From NCBI GenBank assembly GCA_049274895.1, contig JBASTM010000005.1, positions 9,636 through 73,635 of the forward strand: a stretch of 64,000 bases of DNA, written 5' to 3'. A program made the translations under genes and the position numbers. Positions within the stretch are counted from its first letter, which is position 1. Each line of letters opens with the position of its first letter. Origin of the DNA: Minisyncoccia bacterium (lineage in GTDB: Bacteria; Patescibacteriota; Minisyncoccia; JACQLN01). This document shows, one piece after another, positions 38,066 to 47,594 of the stretch. The notes below the pieces were generated by a model. That model did not search any database. It worked only from the letters and a program-made list of their open reading frames with translations, and had not been told where the DNA came from.

Positions 38066-40282
38066 CTACGCGCTCTTGGGCCAAGCCCTTAAATCTCCCC
38101 AATTCGGCCCAATTTCAACTTCCGCCACTATCGGTACGGCCAGTTGAACCACGTTTTCCATAATCTCTTTAATAATCGGCGCGTATTTTTTAACGGCATC
38201 AGATTCAACCTCAAAAACCAGCTCGTCGTGCACCTGGAGAATCATTTTAATATCCTTTTTGGAGCCGATCTTTTTATCCAGTTCCACCATAGCCGCTTTA
38301 ACGATGTCGCCGGTGGCCGTGCCTTGAATGGGCATATTCACAGCCTCGCGTTCGGCCGCGGCCCTGAAACCGGGGTTGGGCGAATTCAAATCAACATAGC
38401 GTTTGCGGCCCCACAACGTTTCCACGTAACCCTGAGCTCGGGCTTTGTTTTTTATGTCTTTGATAAACTTGGCGAGACCAGAAAAATCGGTTTCGTACTC
38501 GCGGATAAACTCCTGGGCCTCGCTTAAACTTAATCCGGAAGATTGGGCGAACGCCCGCGCGCCCATGCCGTATAAAACGCCGAAGTTCAAAGTTTTGGCT
38601 TCGCGGCGCATTTCTTTGGTCACTTTATCGGCCGCGACGTTAAAAATTTCGGCGGCGGTGCGGGTATGGATATCTTCGCCCTTTTTGAACGTCTCAATCA
38701 TTTTTTCGTCGCCCGACAAGGCCGCGGCCACTCTAAGTTCAATCTGGGAATAATCAGCCGTCAGTATCAGCCAGCCCTCGGGCGCCGTAAAAGCCCGCCT
38801 GATGGCCAAACCGTATTCGCCTTTGGTGGGAATGTTTTGTAAGTTGGGGTTTTCCGAAGCCAAGCGCCCCGTCACCGCGCCCAGCTGTTTGAAAGTGGTG
38901 TGCAAGCGGCCGTCTTTAAGATTGACCAGCCGGGGCAGGGCCTCCACGTAAGTGGACTGGAGCTTGGACAGTTCCCGCCAGCGCAGCAATAAGGTAAAAA
39001 TCGGGTGCGTATCTTTTAATTTTTCCAACTCCTCGGCGCCCGTGGCATAGGCGCCGGTTTTGGTTTTTTTGATTCTGGGGCCGCCCAGGTTAAGTTTTTC
39101 AAAAATAATCCGGCCCAGTTCCTGAGTGGAGTTTAAGTTGAAATCCTCACCTGCGATCCGAGTCACCTCTTTTTTAATTTGGGAGAGCTCATCGGCTATC
39201 TTTCGACTTAAATTTTTCAATATCTTAACGTCCAGTAAAATCCCAGCACGCTCCATCTGGCGCAAAACCGGCCGGACATCTTTTTCCAGTTTATAAATTT
39301 TTTCCGAAAAAATGCCTCTTTTGTAATACTCCTCGAGTTCGTCTCCAATAAGTTGCGCCTGCTCCGGAGCCGCGTTCGACATAGTGCCACCCTGATTTTT
39401 AAGATCATTCAGGCGGCTGACTAAACTCCTGAATCCAAATCTAAAAAACAGCTTTTTAATTTCTTCGTCATTGCCCAAATCAAAACTCGCCTCTGTGATA
39501 TCAAAATCAACCGGCACATCTCTTTTAATAATCGCCAATTTCTTGCTTAAAAAGGCCTGATCTTTGTTAGCCGATATTTTTTCAAACAGCTTTGAGCTTT
39601 TAGCTTTTAGCCGGGATAAATTCTCATACAGATTTTCCAAACTGCCGTACTCTTTCAAAAGGATAATGGCCGTTTTTTCGCCCACACCCGGCACGCCGGG
39701 AATGTTGTCGGAAGGATCGCCTTTCAAACCCTTAAAATCGGCCATCTGCTTGGGGCCCAGGCCCTCAAATCTTTCTCGAACGGCCGCTTGGTCGTAGATT
39801 ACCGTATCGCTCACGCCTTTTTTTAGGGTATAGACTTTGACATTGTCGTCGTCTATCAACTGCAAACTGTCCAGATCGCCGGTAACGATAATTTTCTCCA
39901 AATCTTTCCGGCTTTTTAATTTTTCCACCACCGTGCCGATAATGTCATCGGCTTCGTAGCCCTGATGCTCCAAGACCGGAATGTTAAAAGCGGTCACCAA
40001 TTCTCTGACCAGAGGAAACTGATTTATCAGAGCATCATCGGTGACCGGCCGCTGGGCTTTGTAATCGCCAAACTCCTTATGCCTAAAAGTCGGCCCGGCC
40101 ATGTCAAAAGCGGCCACGATATATTCCGGCTTTAATTCTTTTATAACCCTCATAAGAACGCTGGCAAAACCGTAAACCGCCTGCACGGCTTGCCCGTCGG
40201 GCGCAGTCAAAACCGGCAGGGCGTGGTAAGCGCGGTGGATTAAAGCGTGAGAATCAATTATTACAATTTTTTCTTTTTTCAT
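38066..40282 (-). CDS. polA: DNA polymerase I (5-prime-3-prime exonuclease plus polymerase domains; no obvious proofreading domain)
   Basis: 5-prime nuclease N-terminus and Pol A motifs (RRAAKTLNFGVLYG; HDELVFE). Confidence 0.9.
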   Translation of the reverse strand: MKKEKIVIIDSHALIHRAYHALPVLTAPDGQAVQAVYGFASVLMRVIKELKPEYIVAAFDMAGPTFRHKEFGDYKAQRPVTDDALINQFPLVRELVTAFNIPVLEHQGYEADDIIGTVVEKLKSRKDLEKIIVTGDLDSLQLIDDDNVKVYTLKKGVSDTVIYDQAAVRERFEGLGPKQMADFKGLKGDPSDNIPGVPGVGEKTAIILLKEYGSLENLYENLSRLKAKSSKLFEKISANKDQAFLSKKLAIIKRDVPVDFDITEASFDLGNDEEIKKLFFRFGFRSLVSRLNDLKNQGGTMSNAAPEQAQLIGDELEEYYKRGIFSEKIYKLEKDVRPVLRQMERAGILLDVKILKNLSRKIADELSQIKKEVTRIAGEDFNLNSTQELGRIIFEKLNLGGPRIKKTKTGAYATGAEELEKLKDTHPIFTLLLRWRELSKLQSTYVEALPRLVNLKDGRLHTTFKQLGAVTGRLASENPNLQNIPTKGEYGLAIRRAFTAPEGWLILTADYSQIELRVAAALSGDEKMIETFKKGEDIHTRTAAEIFNVAADKVTKEMRREAKTLNFGVLYGMGARAFAQSSGLSLSEAQEFIREYETDFSGLAKFIKDIKNKARAQGYVETLWGRKRYVDLNSPNPGFRAAAEREAVNMPIQGTATGDIVKAAMVELDKKIGSKKDIKMILQVHDELVFEVESDAVKKYAPIIKEIMENVVQLAVPIVAEVEIGPNWGDLRAWPKSA

Positions 40283-40704
40283 TTAATGAGGACTTTTCTT
40301 TCTTTAGGCCCGACGGTTTCAAAATATACTTTAACGGTATGCTTGGGTAAATACTTCTCAATCTTTTCTGGCCACTCCACGACTACGATATTTTCCTTGT
40401 CTTTCAAAATATCCCGAAGGCCCAGACCCAGTAATTCCTCAGCTGATTTTAATCGGTAAGCATCAATATGTGTCAGGAAACTATACCCAAGCCAGGCTTG
40501 GGCAGGGAGAACATAAATTTTTATAATGACAAACGTCGGGCTTAAAACTTTTTCTTTAACGCCGAGCGCGCGAGCCAGAAACTGAACCAGAGTGGTTTTG
40601 CCCGCGCCTAAGTCGCCATAAAGGGCTATTACTGAAGGGGCGGTCTTCAGTAATTTTTTAGCTAATTTTTTGGTATCTTCTAGATTTTTCAGCGTCAGTT
40701 CCAT
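40279..40704 (-). CDS. tsaE: tRNA threonylcarbamoyladenosine biosynthesis protein TsaE
   Basis: LYGDLGAGKTTLVQ Walker A and the small size. Confidence 0.8.
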   Translation of the reverse strand: MELTLKNLEDTKKLAKKLLKTAPSVIALYGDLGAGKTTLVQFLARALGVKEKVLSPTFVIIKIYVLPAQAWLGYSFLTHIDAYRLKSAEELLGLGLRDILKDKENIVVVEWPEKIEKYLPKHTVKVYFETVGPKERKVLIK

Positions 40705-40782
40705 TGGTTTTTATAGTAACAGGCCAAAATGAATTAAAAAAGGAGCGCCCGTTTGGACGCTCCGTTCCCAGAATCTGACCCG

Positions 40783-41415
40783 CTACGGACGAGACAGACG
40801 ATGCAGGCCGCGGTGGATCAGCATATTGATGTCGATGGTGACGTTCCAGGTGTTGGATCCGTAATACCGCTGATCCATGTCCGGCAAATAGACCACGTCA
40901 TTGACCACCTCCGTGGCCATACGCCCGCCGTTAGGACCGAGCCAGTCGTAGTGGTCGTAGCGCTCGCCCATCGGCCGGTCGCTGACGCGGTCGTGGAACA
41001 CTTGTGGAGCGCCCACCATACTGCCGATCATATCCTTGGACACGACCAGCAGGGTGTAGGACTGACCCGGATGGAAACCGCCTATCAGCTTTTCACCGTA
41101 GATAGGGGTTGAACCGCGATCGGCCGGGCCGACGTCAAACCGGCTGATATGCCCTACGGCTAGCGCCGGCAGACCGTCGGCGCCAAAAACGATCAACTGG
41201 TTTTGCGAATAGTAGCCGTCAAAAACCAGAATCTCGCGCCAGACCTCGGACCTGTTTACGAACAGCACGTTGCCGGCCCGGATCCTTTCCAGCTGATTGT
41301 CTTTGACCGGCCGAATCTGGCTGGCGGAATCCGCCACCGGCAGGTTGACGGCGTAGTAACTGCAGCCGCCCAAAAAAATTGCGATGGCGGCAATAACACT
41401 GTTAAAGAGCTGCAT
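40783..41415 (-). CDS. Hypothetical lipoprotein in a GC-rich patch
   Basis: Signal peptide with lipobox FLGGC and markedly higher GC than the neighbours. Confidence 0.45.
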   Translation of the reverse strand: MQLFNSVIAAIAIFLGGCSYYAVNLPVADSASQIRPVKDNQLERIRAGNVLFVNRSEVWREILVFDGYYSQNQLIVFGADGLPALAVGHISRFDVGPADRGSTPIYGEKLIGGFHPGQSYTLLVVSKDMIGSMVGAPQVFHDRVSDRPMGERYDHYDWLGPNGGRMATEVVNDVVYLPDMDQRYYGSNTWNVTIDINMLIHRGLHRLSRP

Positions 41416-41543
41416 TTCGGCCTCCTTTATGGTGAGTTTACCGAACCATTGATGAAGGATTATCCGTAATTACCCTGTAATATAATGATAGCAAATAAAA
41501 ACATCTTTGTCAAGTAGGCCCTTGATTTGATAAAATAACTACT

Positions 41544-43205
41544 ATGGACAATGTTCAACAGCAGCGTGAAGAAAAATTAAGCGACATCCACCATACCGAA
41601 GAAGAAAAAGCTACTGAACGAAAGGCGCAGCAGCTGGGATTTAACTACATCAACCTGGCCGCTGTGCCGGTGGAGCGCGACAGCTTGCATTTTATTACTC
41701 AAAAAGACGTTGAACGAACTCAAACAATCGTCCTCCAAAAAAAAGGCGAAACCCTAAAAATCGGTTCGGTGGATCCGGCCAACCAGGAAACTAAGCAAAT
41801 TTTGGAACAGCTTGAGTCGCAGGGTTTTAAGACCGAAATTTTTATGATCTCTCGGCTATCGCTTAAAAAAGCCCTGGGAGAATTTAAGTTTCTGCCGTCC
41901 CAAACCAAAGGCGGACTGACCTCGGGCGAAGTTTCGCTTGGCGATATTGAAACTTTCAAAAAGGAACTCGGCACTTTCGCCTCGCTTAAAGAAAAATTAA
42001 ATAAAATAGATCAAAGCGACATCGGTTTGCTTTTGGAGATATTTTTGGGCGGAGCGTTAAATTTGGAAGCATCCGATATCCACATTGAACCCTCAAAAGA
42101 CAACGTTCCGATCCGCTTCCGTTTAGACGGGGTCCTACAATCGGCTGGAACCGTTTCCCCGGCTATTTATCAATCCCTGCTTTCGCGGATAAAACTTCTT
42201 TCCGGATTGCAGATAAATATACAGAACATTCCTCAAGACGGCCGGTTTACGATAAAAGAAAAGGGTGAAATGGGAGAAAAGGGAGAAATGGAGATAGAAG
42301 TTAGAACATCGGTTCTGCCCGGCGCCTGGGGCGAATACATAGTTTTGAGGATTCTTAACCCCAACGCGATCCGCCTGGAAATTAAAGATTTGGGGATTAG
42401 AGATTATTTATGGCAGAGTTTGGAAAAAGAATTAAAAAAAACCAACGGCATCATTCTGGTAACCGGCCCCACGGGTTCCGGTAAAACCACCACACTCTAC
42501 GCTTTTCTTAAACACCTAAACAAGCCCGGGGTAAAGATAGTCACGCTGGAAGACCCCATAGAATACCATCTGGAAGGCATCAACCAATCGCAGATAGAAC
42601 CGGAGCATGGCTACACCTTCGCGGCCGGCCTGCGGTCGGTTTTAAGACAGGACCCCAACATTATTCTGGTGGGCGAAATCAGAGATGAAGAAACTGCCGA
42701 CGTGGCTTTGCACGCCGCGCTGACCGGGCATTTGGTTTTTTCCACCCTGCACACCAACGACGCCGTCGGCGCCATACCCAGATTTTTGGATCTAAACGCC
42801 AAACCGCAGATTCTGGCTTCGGCCTTGAACGCGGCCGTGGGCCAAAGATTGGTCAGAAAATTGTGCCCGAGCTGCAAAAAAGAAATCTCTTTGGATATAG
42901 AAAAAATAAAAAACGCGCTGGCCAGCGTGGCTGGTTTTGACTGGCCGAAAGAAATTAAAACCTATCAAGCCGCGGGTTGCGAAAAGTGCGGCGGCAGTGG
43001 CTACAAAGGCCGGGTGGGTATCTATGAGGTTTTGTTGGTGGATGAAAATATGGAAAAACTGGTGGGCGCTAACCCCAGCAATCAGGATATTTTAACCCAA
43101 GCCCGAAAAAGTGGTTTTGTAACTATGTACCAAGACGGCTTAATGAGAGTGTTAAGCGGTGAAACAACTCTGGAAGAAGTGGAGAGAGTTACAACCCAAA
43201 ATTAA
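41544..43205 (+). CDS. Type II secretion/type IV pilus assembly ATPase (GspE/PilB family)
   Basis: Walker A VTGPTGSGKTTT, Asp and His boxes, and a tetracysteine CPSC...CEKC motif. Confidence 0.85.
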   Translation: MDNVQQQREEKLSDIHHTEEEKATERKAQQLGFNYINLAAVPVERDSLHFITQKDVERTQTIVLQKKGETLKIGSVDPANQETKQILEQLESQGFKTEIFMISRLSLKKALGEFKFLPSQTKGGLTSGEVSLGDIETFKKELGTFASLKEKLNKIDQSDIGLLLEIFLGGALNLEASDIHIEPSKDNVPIRFRLDGVLQSAGTVSPAIYQSLLSRIKLLSGLQINIQNIPQDGRFTIKEKGEMGEKGEMEIEVRTSVLPGAWGEYIVLRILNPNAIRLEIKDLGIRDYLWQSLEKELKKTNGIILVTGPTGSGKTTTLYAFLKHLNKPGVKIVTLEDPIEYHLEGINQSQIEPEHGYTFAAGLRSVLRQDPNIILVGEIRDEETADVALHAALTGHLVFSTLHTNDAVGAIPRFLDLNAKPQILASALNAAVGQRLVRKLCPSCKKEISLDIEKIKNALASVAGFDWPKEIKTYQAAGCEKCGGSGYKGRVGIYEVLLVDENMEKLVGANPSNQDILTQARKSGFVTMYQDGLMRVLSGETTLEEVERVTTQN

Positions 43206-43610
43206 AAGCGACACTAATTACGAATGACACACGAATTTACCAATAAAATCTTTAATTCGCGTCATTCGAGCGTATTCGCATATTGGTGTCGCGTTTAGTC
43301 AAAGAAGTCTGCAGGCAAACCCCTCACCCTAAATAGGGTTCGGGGTAACCCCCGAATCTTGGGAAACACAGGGAGAAAATCCTGCTGAGGAGAGATTCAG
43401 CCCCACCAAGGTGAAGCCAGACCATCCTAAACTAAACAAGATTTCCTTTGCCTACAGGCCTCCTTGACCAAAGTTATTATTCTCATTTTAATTCTTAAAT
43501 CTTATTATGTCAAGGGATACTTATAGATATGTGGATATACTGTGGAAATCAGTAAAAAACCCAGGTTTTTATACGTTTTAAGTATATAAGTGTTGTGATA
43601 ACCTTTTAAG

Positions 43611-44618
43611 ATGCTAACCACTCCCAAAACCCAAGCCGAGGATCAAAATTTGGACCAGACCCTGCGCCCGACCGCGCTCGCCGAATACATCGGCCAAAAC
43701 CAAATCAAAGAAAACTTGGGCATATTTTTGGCGGCCGCCAAAAAACGGGGTGAAGTCCTGGAGCATATTTTGCTTTACGGTCCGGCCGGTTTGGGTAAAA
43801 CCACGCTGGCCCACATCATTGCCCGCGAGCTTGGGAAAAACATAAAAGCGACCTCGGGGCCGGCTATAGAAAAATCAGGCGACCTGGGCGCCATACTTAC
43901 CAACCTGAAAGAAGGCGACGTCTTATTTATAGACGAAATCCATCGCTTAAACAAAGTGGTGGAAGAAATGCTTTATCCGGCCATGGAGGATTTTATTTTT
44001 GACATCGTCATCGGCAAGGGCCCTTCGGCTAAGACCATCCAGTTAAAACTGCCGCACTTCACTTTAATAGGCGCCACCACCAGCATCGGCAATTTAACAT
44101 CGGCTTTTAGAAGCCGGTTTGGAGCCACCTATAAACTGGAGTTTTACGAAAACTCCGACATAGAAAAAATACTGCGGCGATCGGCCGGAATCCTGAAGGT
44201 TGAAACCGAAGAGTCCGGCGTCAATCTTATCGCCTCCCGAAGCCGCCAGACGCCGCGAGTGGCTAATAGATTATTAAAAAGGGTGCGCGACTACACCCAG
44301 GTGAAAGCCGACGGCGTTATCACCAAAACCATCGCTGAAAAGGCCTTGGCCGCTTTGACCGTGGATCAATTGGGTCTGGAAAACGTGGACCGGAAGATAC
44401 TGGAAACGATCATAAAAAAATTCAATGGCGGGCCGGTGGGCTTGCAAGCCCTGGCCGCTTCCAGCGGTGAAGAGGAAAATACCATTCTGGAGGTCTACGA
44501 ACCCTATCTGTTGCAGCTCGGCTTCATCAACCGCACCCCGCGGGGCCGCGAAGTTACCTTATCGGCTTACGGCCACCTGGGTCTTAAACCGCCGCCGCAA
44601 ACTAAAAATCTTATATAA
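43611..44618 (+). CDS. ruvB: Holliday junction branch migration ATPase RuvB
   Basis: [14 protein letters not shown] and the RuvB-specific C-terminal wHTH. Confidence 0.9.
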   Translation: MLTTPKTQAEDQNLDQTLRPTALAEYIGQNQIKENLGIFLAAAKKRGEVLEHILLYGPAGLGKTTLAHIIARELGKNIKATSGPAIEKSGDLGAILTNLKEGDVLFIDEIHRLNKVVEEMLYPAMEDFIFDIVIGKGPSAKTIQLKLPHFTLIGATTSIGNLTSAFRSRFGATYKLEFYENSDIEKILRRSAGILKVETEESGVNLIASRSRQTPRVANRLLKRVRDYTQVKADGVITKTIAEKALAALTVDQLGLENVDRKILETIIKKFNGGPVGLQALAASSGEEENTILEVYEPYLLQLGFINRTPRGREVTLSAYGHLGLKPPPQTKNLI

Positions 44619-44649
44619 AAAAGGCCGGACCTGTTTAGGTCTGGCCTTT
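44618..44649. terminator. Bidirectional terminator hairpin (aaaggccggacc...ggtctggccttt) between ruvB and the large surface protein gene
   Basis: 11 of 12 bp inverted repeat with A/T runs on both sides. Confidence 0.5.
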
Positions 44650-44667
44650 CACAAAGAACTGCTTACT

Positions 44668-47415
44668 CTACTCTCCTTCCGACCTTCCGAAAAGATCGGC
44701 GAAGATGAAGAAGTCGTCGTTATCGACCCGGCTATCCCCATTGAGATCGAAAACTCTGATCTCGGCCGGAGATAAAGACGGATCGCCGAATTTATCAGCG
44801 AACAAGAAAAAGTCCTGAAAATCAAGCGCGCCGTTATTGTCAAAATCAGCCAGTTCCGCCGAAGCCACGAACAGTTTGGCTTCGCCGATCAGGCCTATCA
44901 CATGAGGCCTGGCTCCAGCGTTGTGGAAGAAATACAACCGTCCTGCCTTTTCTCCCACTACCTGCGGAGTAAAACTAACGGTCACGGTATCGGCGAGCCC
45001 CGGCGCCAAAGTGGTGGAATCGGTATTCACCCAGAAACTACCACTGACATCAACCAGGAACCAGTTTCCTTCCAAAACAGCGTTGCCGAGGTTCCGGATC
45101 GGGATTCCGACATAACTCGTATCACGACCAACAAAGATACTGCCGAGATCAACCTGCGTTGCGGAAATATCCAACCGCGGACCGGACACGACCGTGTCCG
45201 TTGAGTCCTGCGTGGCTTGGGATCTTGCCTCTCCGGTGAGAATCACGTTCCTTGTTTCACCGCCGTAACTAATGATCAACCGACCGCTCTTTACTCCCGC
45301 CGACTGAGGAGCAAACCTGACGACGATAGTTCGGTCCTCCGAACCCGGAGAGATACTGAACGAATCCGCCGAAGTCACACTAAACGAATTATCTCCGTCC
45401 AGCGTAATTCGGCCGTTCAATTGGGCCGTACCCGTGTTGAATACCCGGAAACTGGAAATGATCCCACCCCCAACGTCTATAGCGCCAAACTGGAGTGAAT
45501 CAGAATCCACCCTCAAAATCGGCGCCAAAGGTTGAGGCACCAAAACAGTAACGAAGAATCGGAAAGGTTGGGCATCACCGCCGCCGGGTCCGAATACAGT
45601 CAGTATGGGGCGATAAACCCCCGGCTGGCTGTAGGTGTAAGTCAGCGTATCGCCATTGGCATGCCTGATGATGCTAACCTGTCGGCCGGCCTCGTCGCGA
45701 TCTCCAGGCTTCCAATCCCAATAGGTCGCGAAACCGCCGGAATTGGTATTGGAGAAACGAACCGTGAGCGGAGCCGGACCTTCTTGCTTATCTACCGAGA
45801 TATCCACTCTCGGGGTGGCAAAGAAAACCGGTGTTGTCCCGGATAGCGGAATGGAAAGCGCCGGGTTGGCCGTGTTATTGGCCAACACCAGCACCGCGCT
45901 CTTGGGGCCCACCGAAGCCGGCGTGAAGGTAACATTGATGAACCGGCTTTGGCCCGGATCCACCGAGAGGTTGGTTCGAGACAAAGAAAAATGCGAAGGG
46001 TCTTCACCGCCCAAAGCGATACCGTAAACCACTAAAGGCGCGCTACCGGGATTGGAAACAGTCAGATCCACCGTTCGGGACGAACCGACCCCGACCGTAT
46101 CAAAAACGACGGAGTTGGGTGTGATGGCAATCGCCGCGCCGGAAGTTCCCGGCAAGAAAGGAGTGGCCAGGCCCGTCAGCGGCACCGTTGAGATTCCGCC
46201 GGGCGCGTTGTGCGAGATATTGACGACCGCCGATTTGGCGCCCGCCGTGACCGGTAGGAAAGACACTACCACTATTCTTCTCCCGCCGGCCTCAATGATC
46301 GCGGAGTTCATACTGACCAGAAATTCCGCGGCATTGGCACCGCCCACGCTTATGTTGCTGATGTTAAGCGTGAGGGTGCTGTCGTTGCGGATCTCAAACG
46401 TTTTGTAAGCACCCGGACCGCCCACCGCAAGACTATCCATAGCCAGCGACGCGGGCAAAAGCGTGATACCCGGTACTGCAGGTGAAGGCGTTGGAGGAGG
46501 TGGTGTCGAACCGCCCGAACCACCGCCGGAGGCGACGCCATTGCCGGACACCGCCACCACCGTGGGGCTGTTGACCCCGTTATGCGTAATGGTGACGTTG
46601 CCGGAAGCGGCGCCGACCGCAGTCGGTACAAAACTGACCGTGACCGACGTGCTGTCGCCAACGTTCACGTTGACGCTCGGCGGAATGGCCGGTGCCAGTG
46701 TGAAAATACTGTTGTTGGACGAAACCGCCGTGACAGCCAGCGCCGCCGTGCCGGTGTTCCTGACGCGGAACTGCTGTTGGGCTGTCGCGCCGACGTTCAC
46801 GTCTCCGAAGTTGATGGTAGCGCTCGGCGACACCGCCGCCTGGCCCAGAGGAACAAGCGACCCGAAAACAGAAATGATGGGACTGTTCTGTAGATTAGAA
46901 CTGTCCCAACTCTTACCCGTTTTTAGATACATATAGCCGCCGGAGGTCACGATGCCGTAATTTGACCCGCTGGTGCCTCTGACCGCTTTGAAGAAATTTC
47001 TGGCGTCGGAAGCGCCGGAACGGGTATACACGACCGCGATGGAACCCAAGGGTACCACGAACGTCGGAAACGTCAGTTCGTGGCGCGAGCCCGAAGCGCT
47101 GATGGCCGATCCCGCGACCGAACCGCTGGCCAGCAAAGTTCCGTCGGGCGAACCCTGCCTTACTTCTATGACAGCGTTATCCGACGGACTACCGACTTTC
47201 GTCAGCTGCACCGCCACCCTGTTGATGGGGGCCGGTTCCGAGAACTGAAGCGGCATAGCCACTTTCCAGTTGTTGGAACTGTCGGCGATGCCGAAATTGA
47301 CGAAAGCGCCGCCGTCGTTAGAAACTCCGCCCAGATCCACCACTGTCTGGGCCGGCAAGTTTGCCGCCCAGACCAGCATGAGAACGGCCAAAAATCGGCC
47401 GAAAGCACGGTTCAT
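44668..47415 (-). CDS. Large secreted surface protein: signal peptide, multiple ASH/choice-of-anchor-D Ig-like repeats, and a C-terminal dockerin-like tandem Ca-binding motif. It is GC-rich.
   Basis: Repeated FG.V.VG...F.V.NTG.A.L motifs. The C-terminal DFDNNGALDFQDF...DLNGDSRVDNDDF looks like a dockerin type I duplicated segment. GC is well above the window average. Confidence 0.65.
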   Translation of the reverse strand: MNRAFGRFLAVLMLVWAANLPAQTVVDLGGVSNDGGAFVNFGIADSSNNWKVAMPLQFSEPAPINRVAVQLTKVGSPSDNAVIEVRQGSPDGTLLASGSVAGSAISASGSRHELTFPTFVVPLGSIAVVYTRSGASDARNFFKAVRGTSGSNYGIVTSGGYMYLKTGKSWDSSNLQNSPIISVFGSLVPLGQAAVSPSATINFGDVNVGATAQQQFRVRNTGTAALAVTAVSSNNSIFTLAPAIPPSVNVNVGDSTSVTVSFVPTAVGAASGNVTITHNGVNSPTVVAVSGNGVASGGGSGGSTPPPPTPSPAVPGITLLPASLAMDSLAVGGPGAYKTFEIRNDSTLTLNISNISVGGANAAEFLVSMNSAIIEAGGRRIVVVSFLPVTAGAKSAVVNISHNAPGGISTVPLTGLATPFLPGTSGAAIAITPNSVVFDTVGVGSSRTVDLTVSNPGSAPLVVYGIALGGEDPSHFSLSRTNLSVDPGQSRFINVTFTPASVGPKSAVLVLANNTANPALSIPLSGTTPVFFATPRVDISVDKQEGPAPLTVRFSNTNSGGFATYWDWKPGDRDEAGRQVSIIRHANGDTLTYTYSQPGVYRPILTVFGPGGGDAQPFRFFVTVLVPQPLAPILRVDSDSLQFGAIDVGGGIISSFRVFNTGTAQLNGRITLDGDNSFSVTSADSFSISPGSEDRTIVVRFAPQSAGVKSGRLIISYGGETRNVILTGEARSQATQDSTDTVVSGPRLDISATQVDLGSIFVGRDTSYVGIPIRNLGNAVLEGNWFLVDVSGSFWVNTDSTTLAPGLADTVTVSFTPQVVGEKAGRLYFFHNAGARPHVIGLIGEAKLFVASAELADFDNNGALDFQDFFLFADKFGDPSLSPAEIRVFDLNGDSRVDNDDFFIFADLFGRSEGE

Positions 47416-47594
47416 AGCGAACCTCCTTTAGAAGGGTTTGAGTCGTTCGACTCAGAGAGTCTCAGACTCGATGAGAGCCGTTTTTGACACTTTTTTAACT
47501 AATTGACAAGGAACTACTTTCCAAAAGCTACCATTATATAAAGAACTTGTAAAGATCTGTAGAAAAACCTCGGAAAGTAGTTTTAAGGCATATT

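Noticed and set aside
43206-43610. RNase P RNA as the identity of the structured region upstream of ruvB
   Set aside because: It lacks the conserved GGAAAGTCCGGGCUCC and ACAGAAA motifs, so it stays a generic ncRNA candidate.
47511-47582. 13-bp inverted repeat (ggaactactttcc / ggaaagtagtttt) downstream of the PBP1A gene, possibly an operator for the surface-protein gene
   Set aside because: It is a single occurrence with a 45-nt spacer. It is more simply a weak terminator or the promoter spacer, so it is not reported as a feature.
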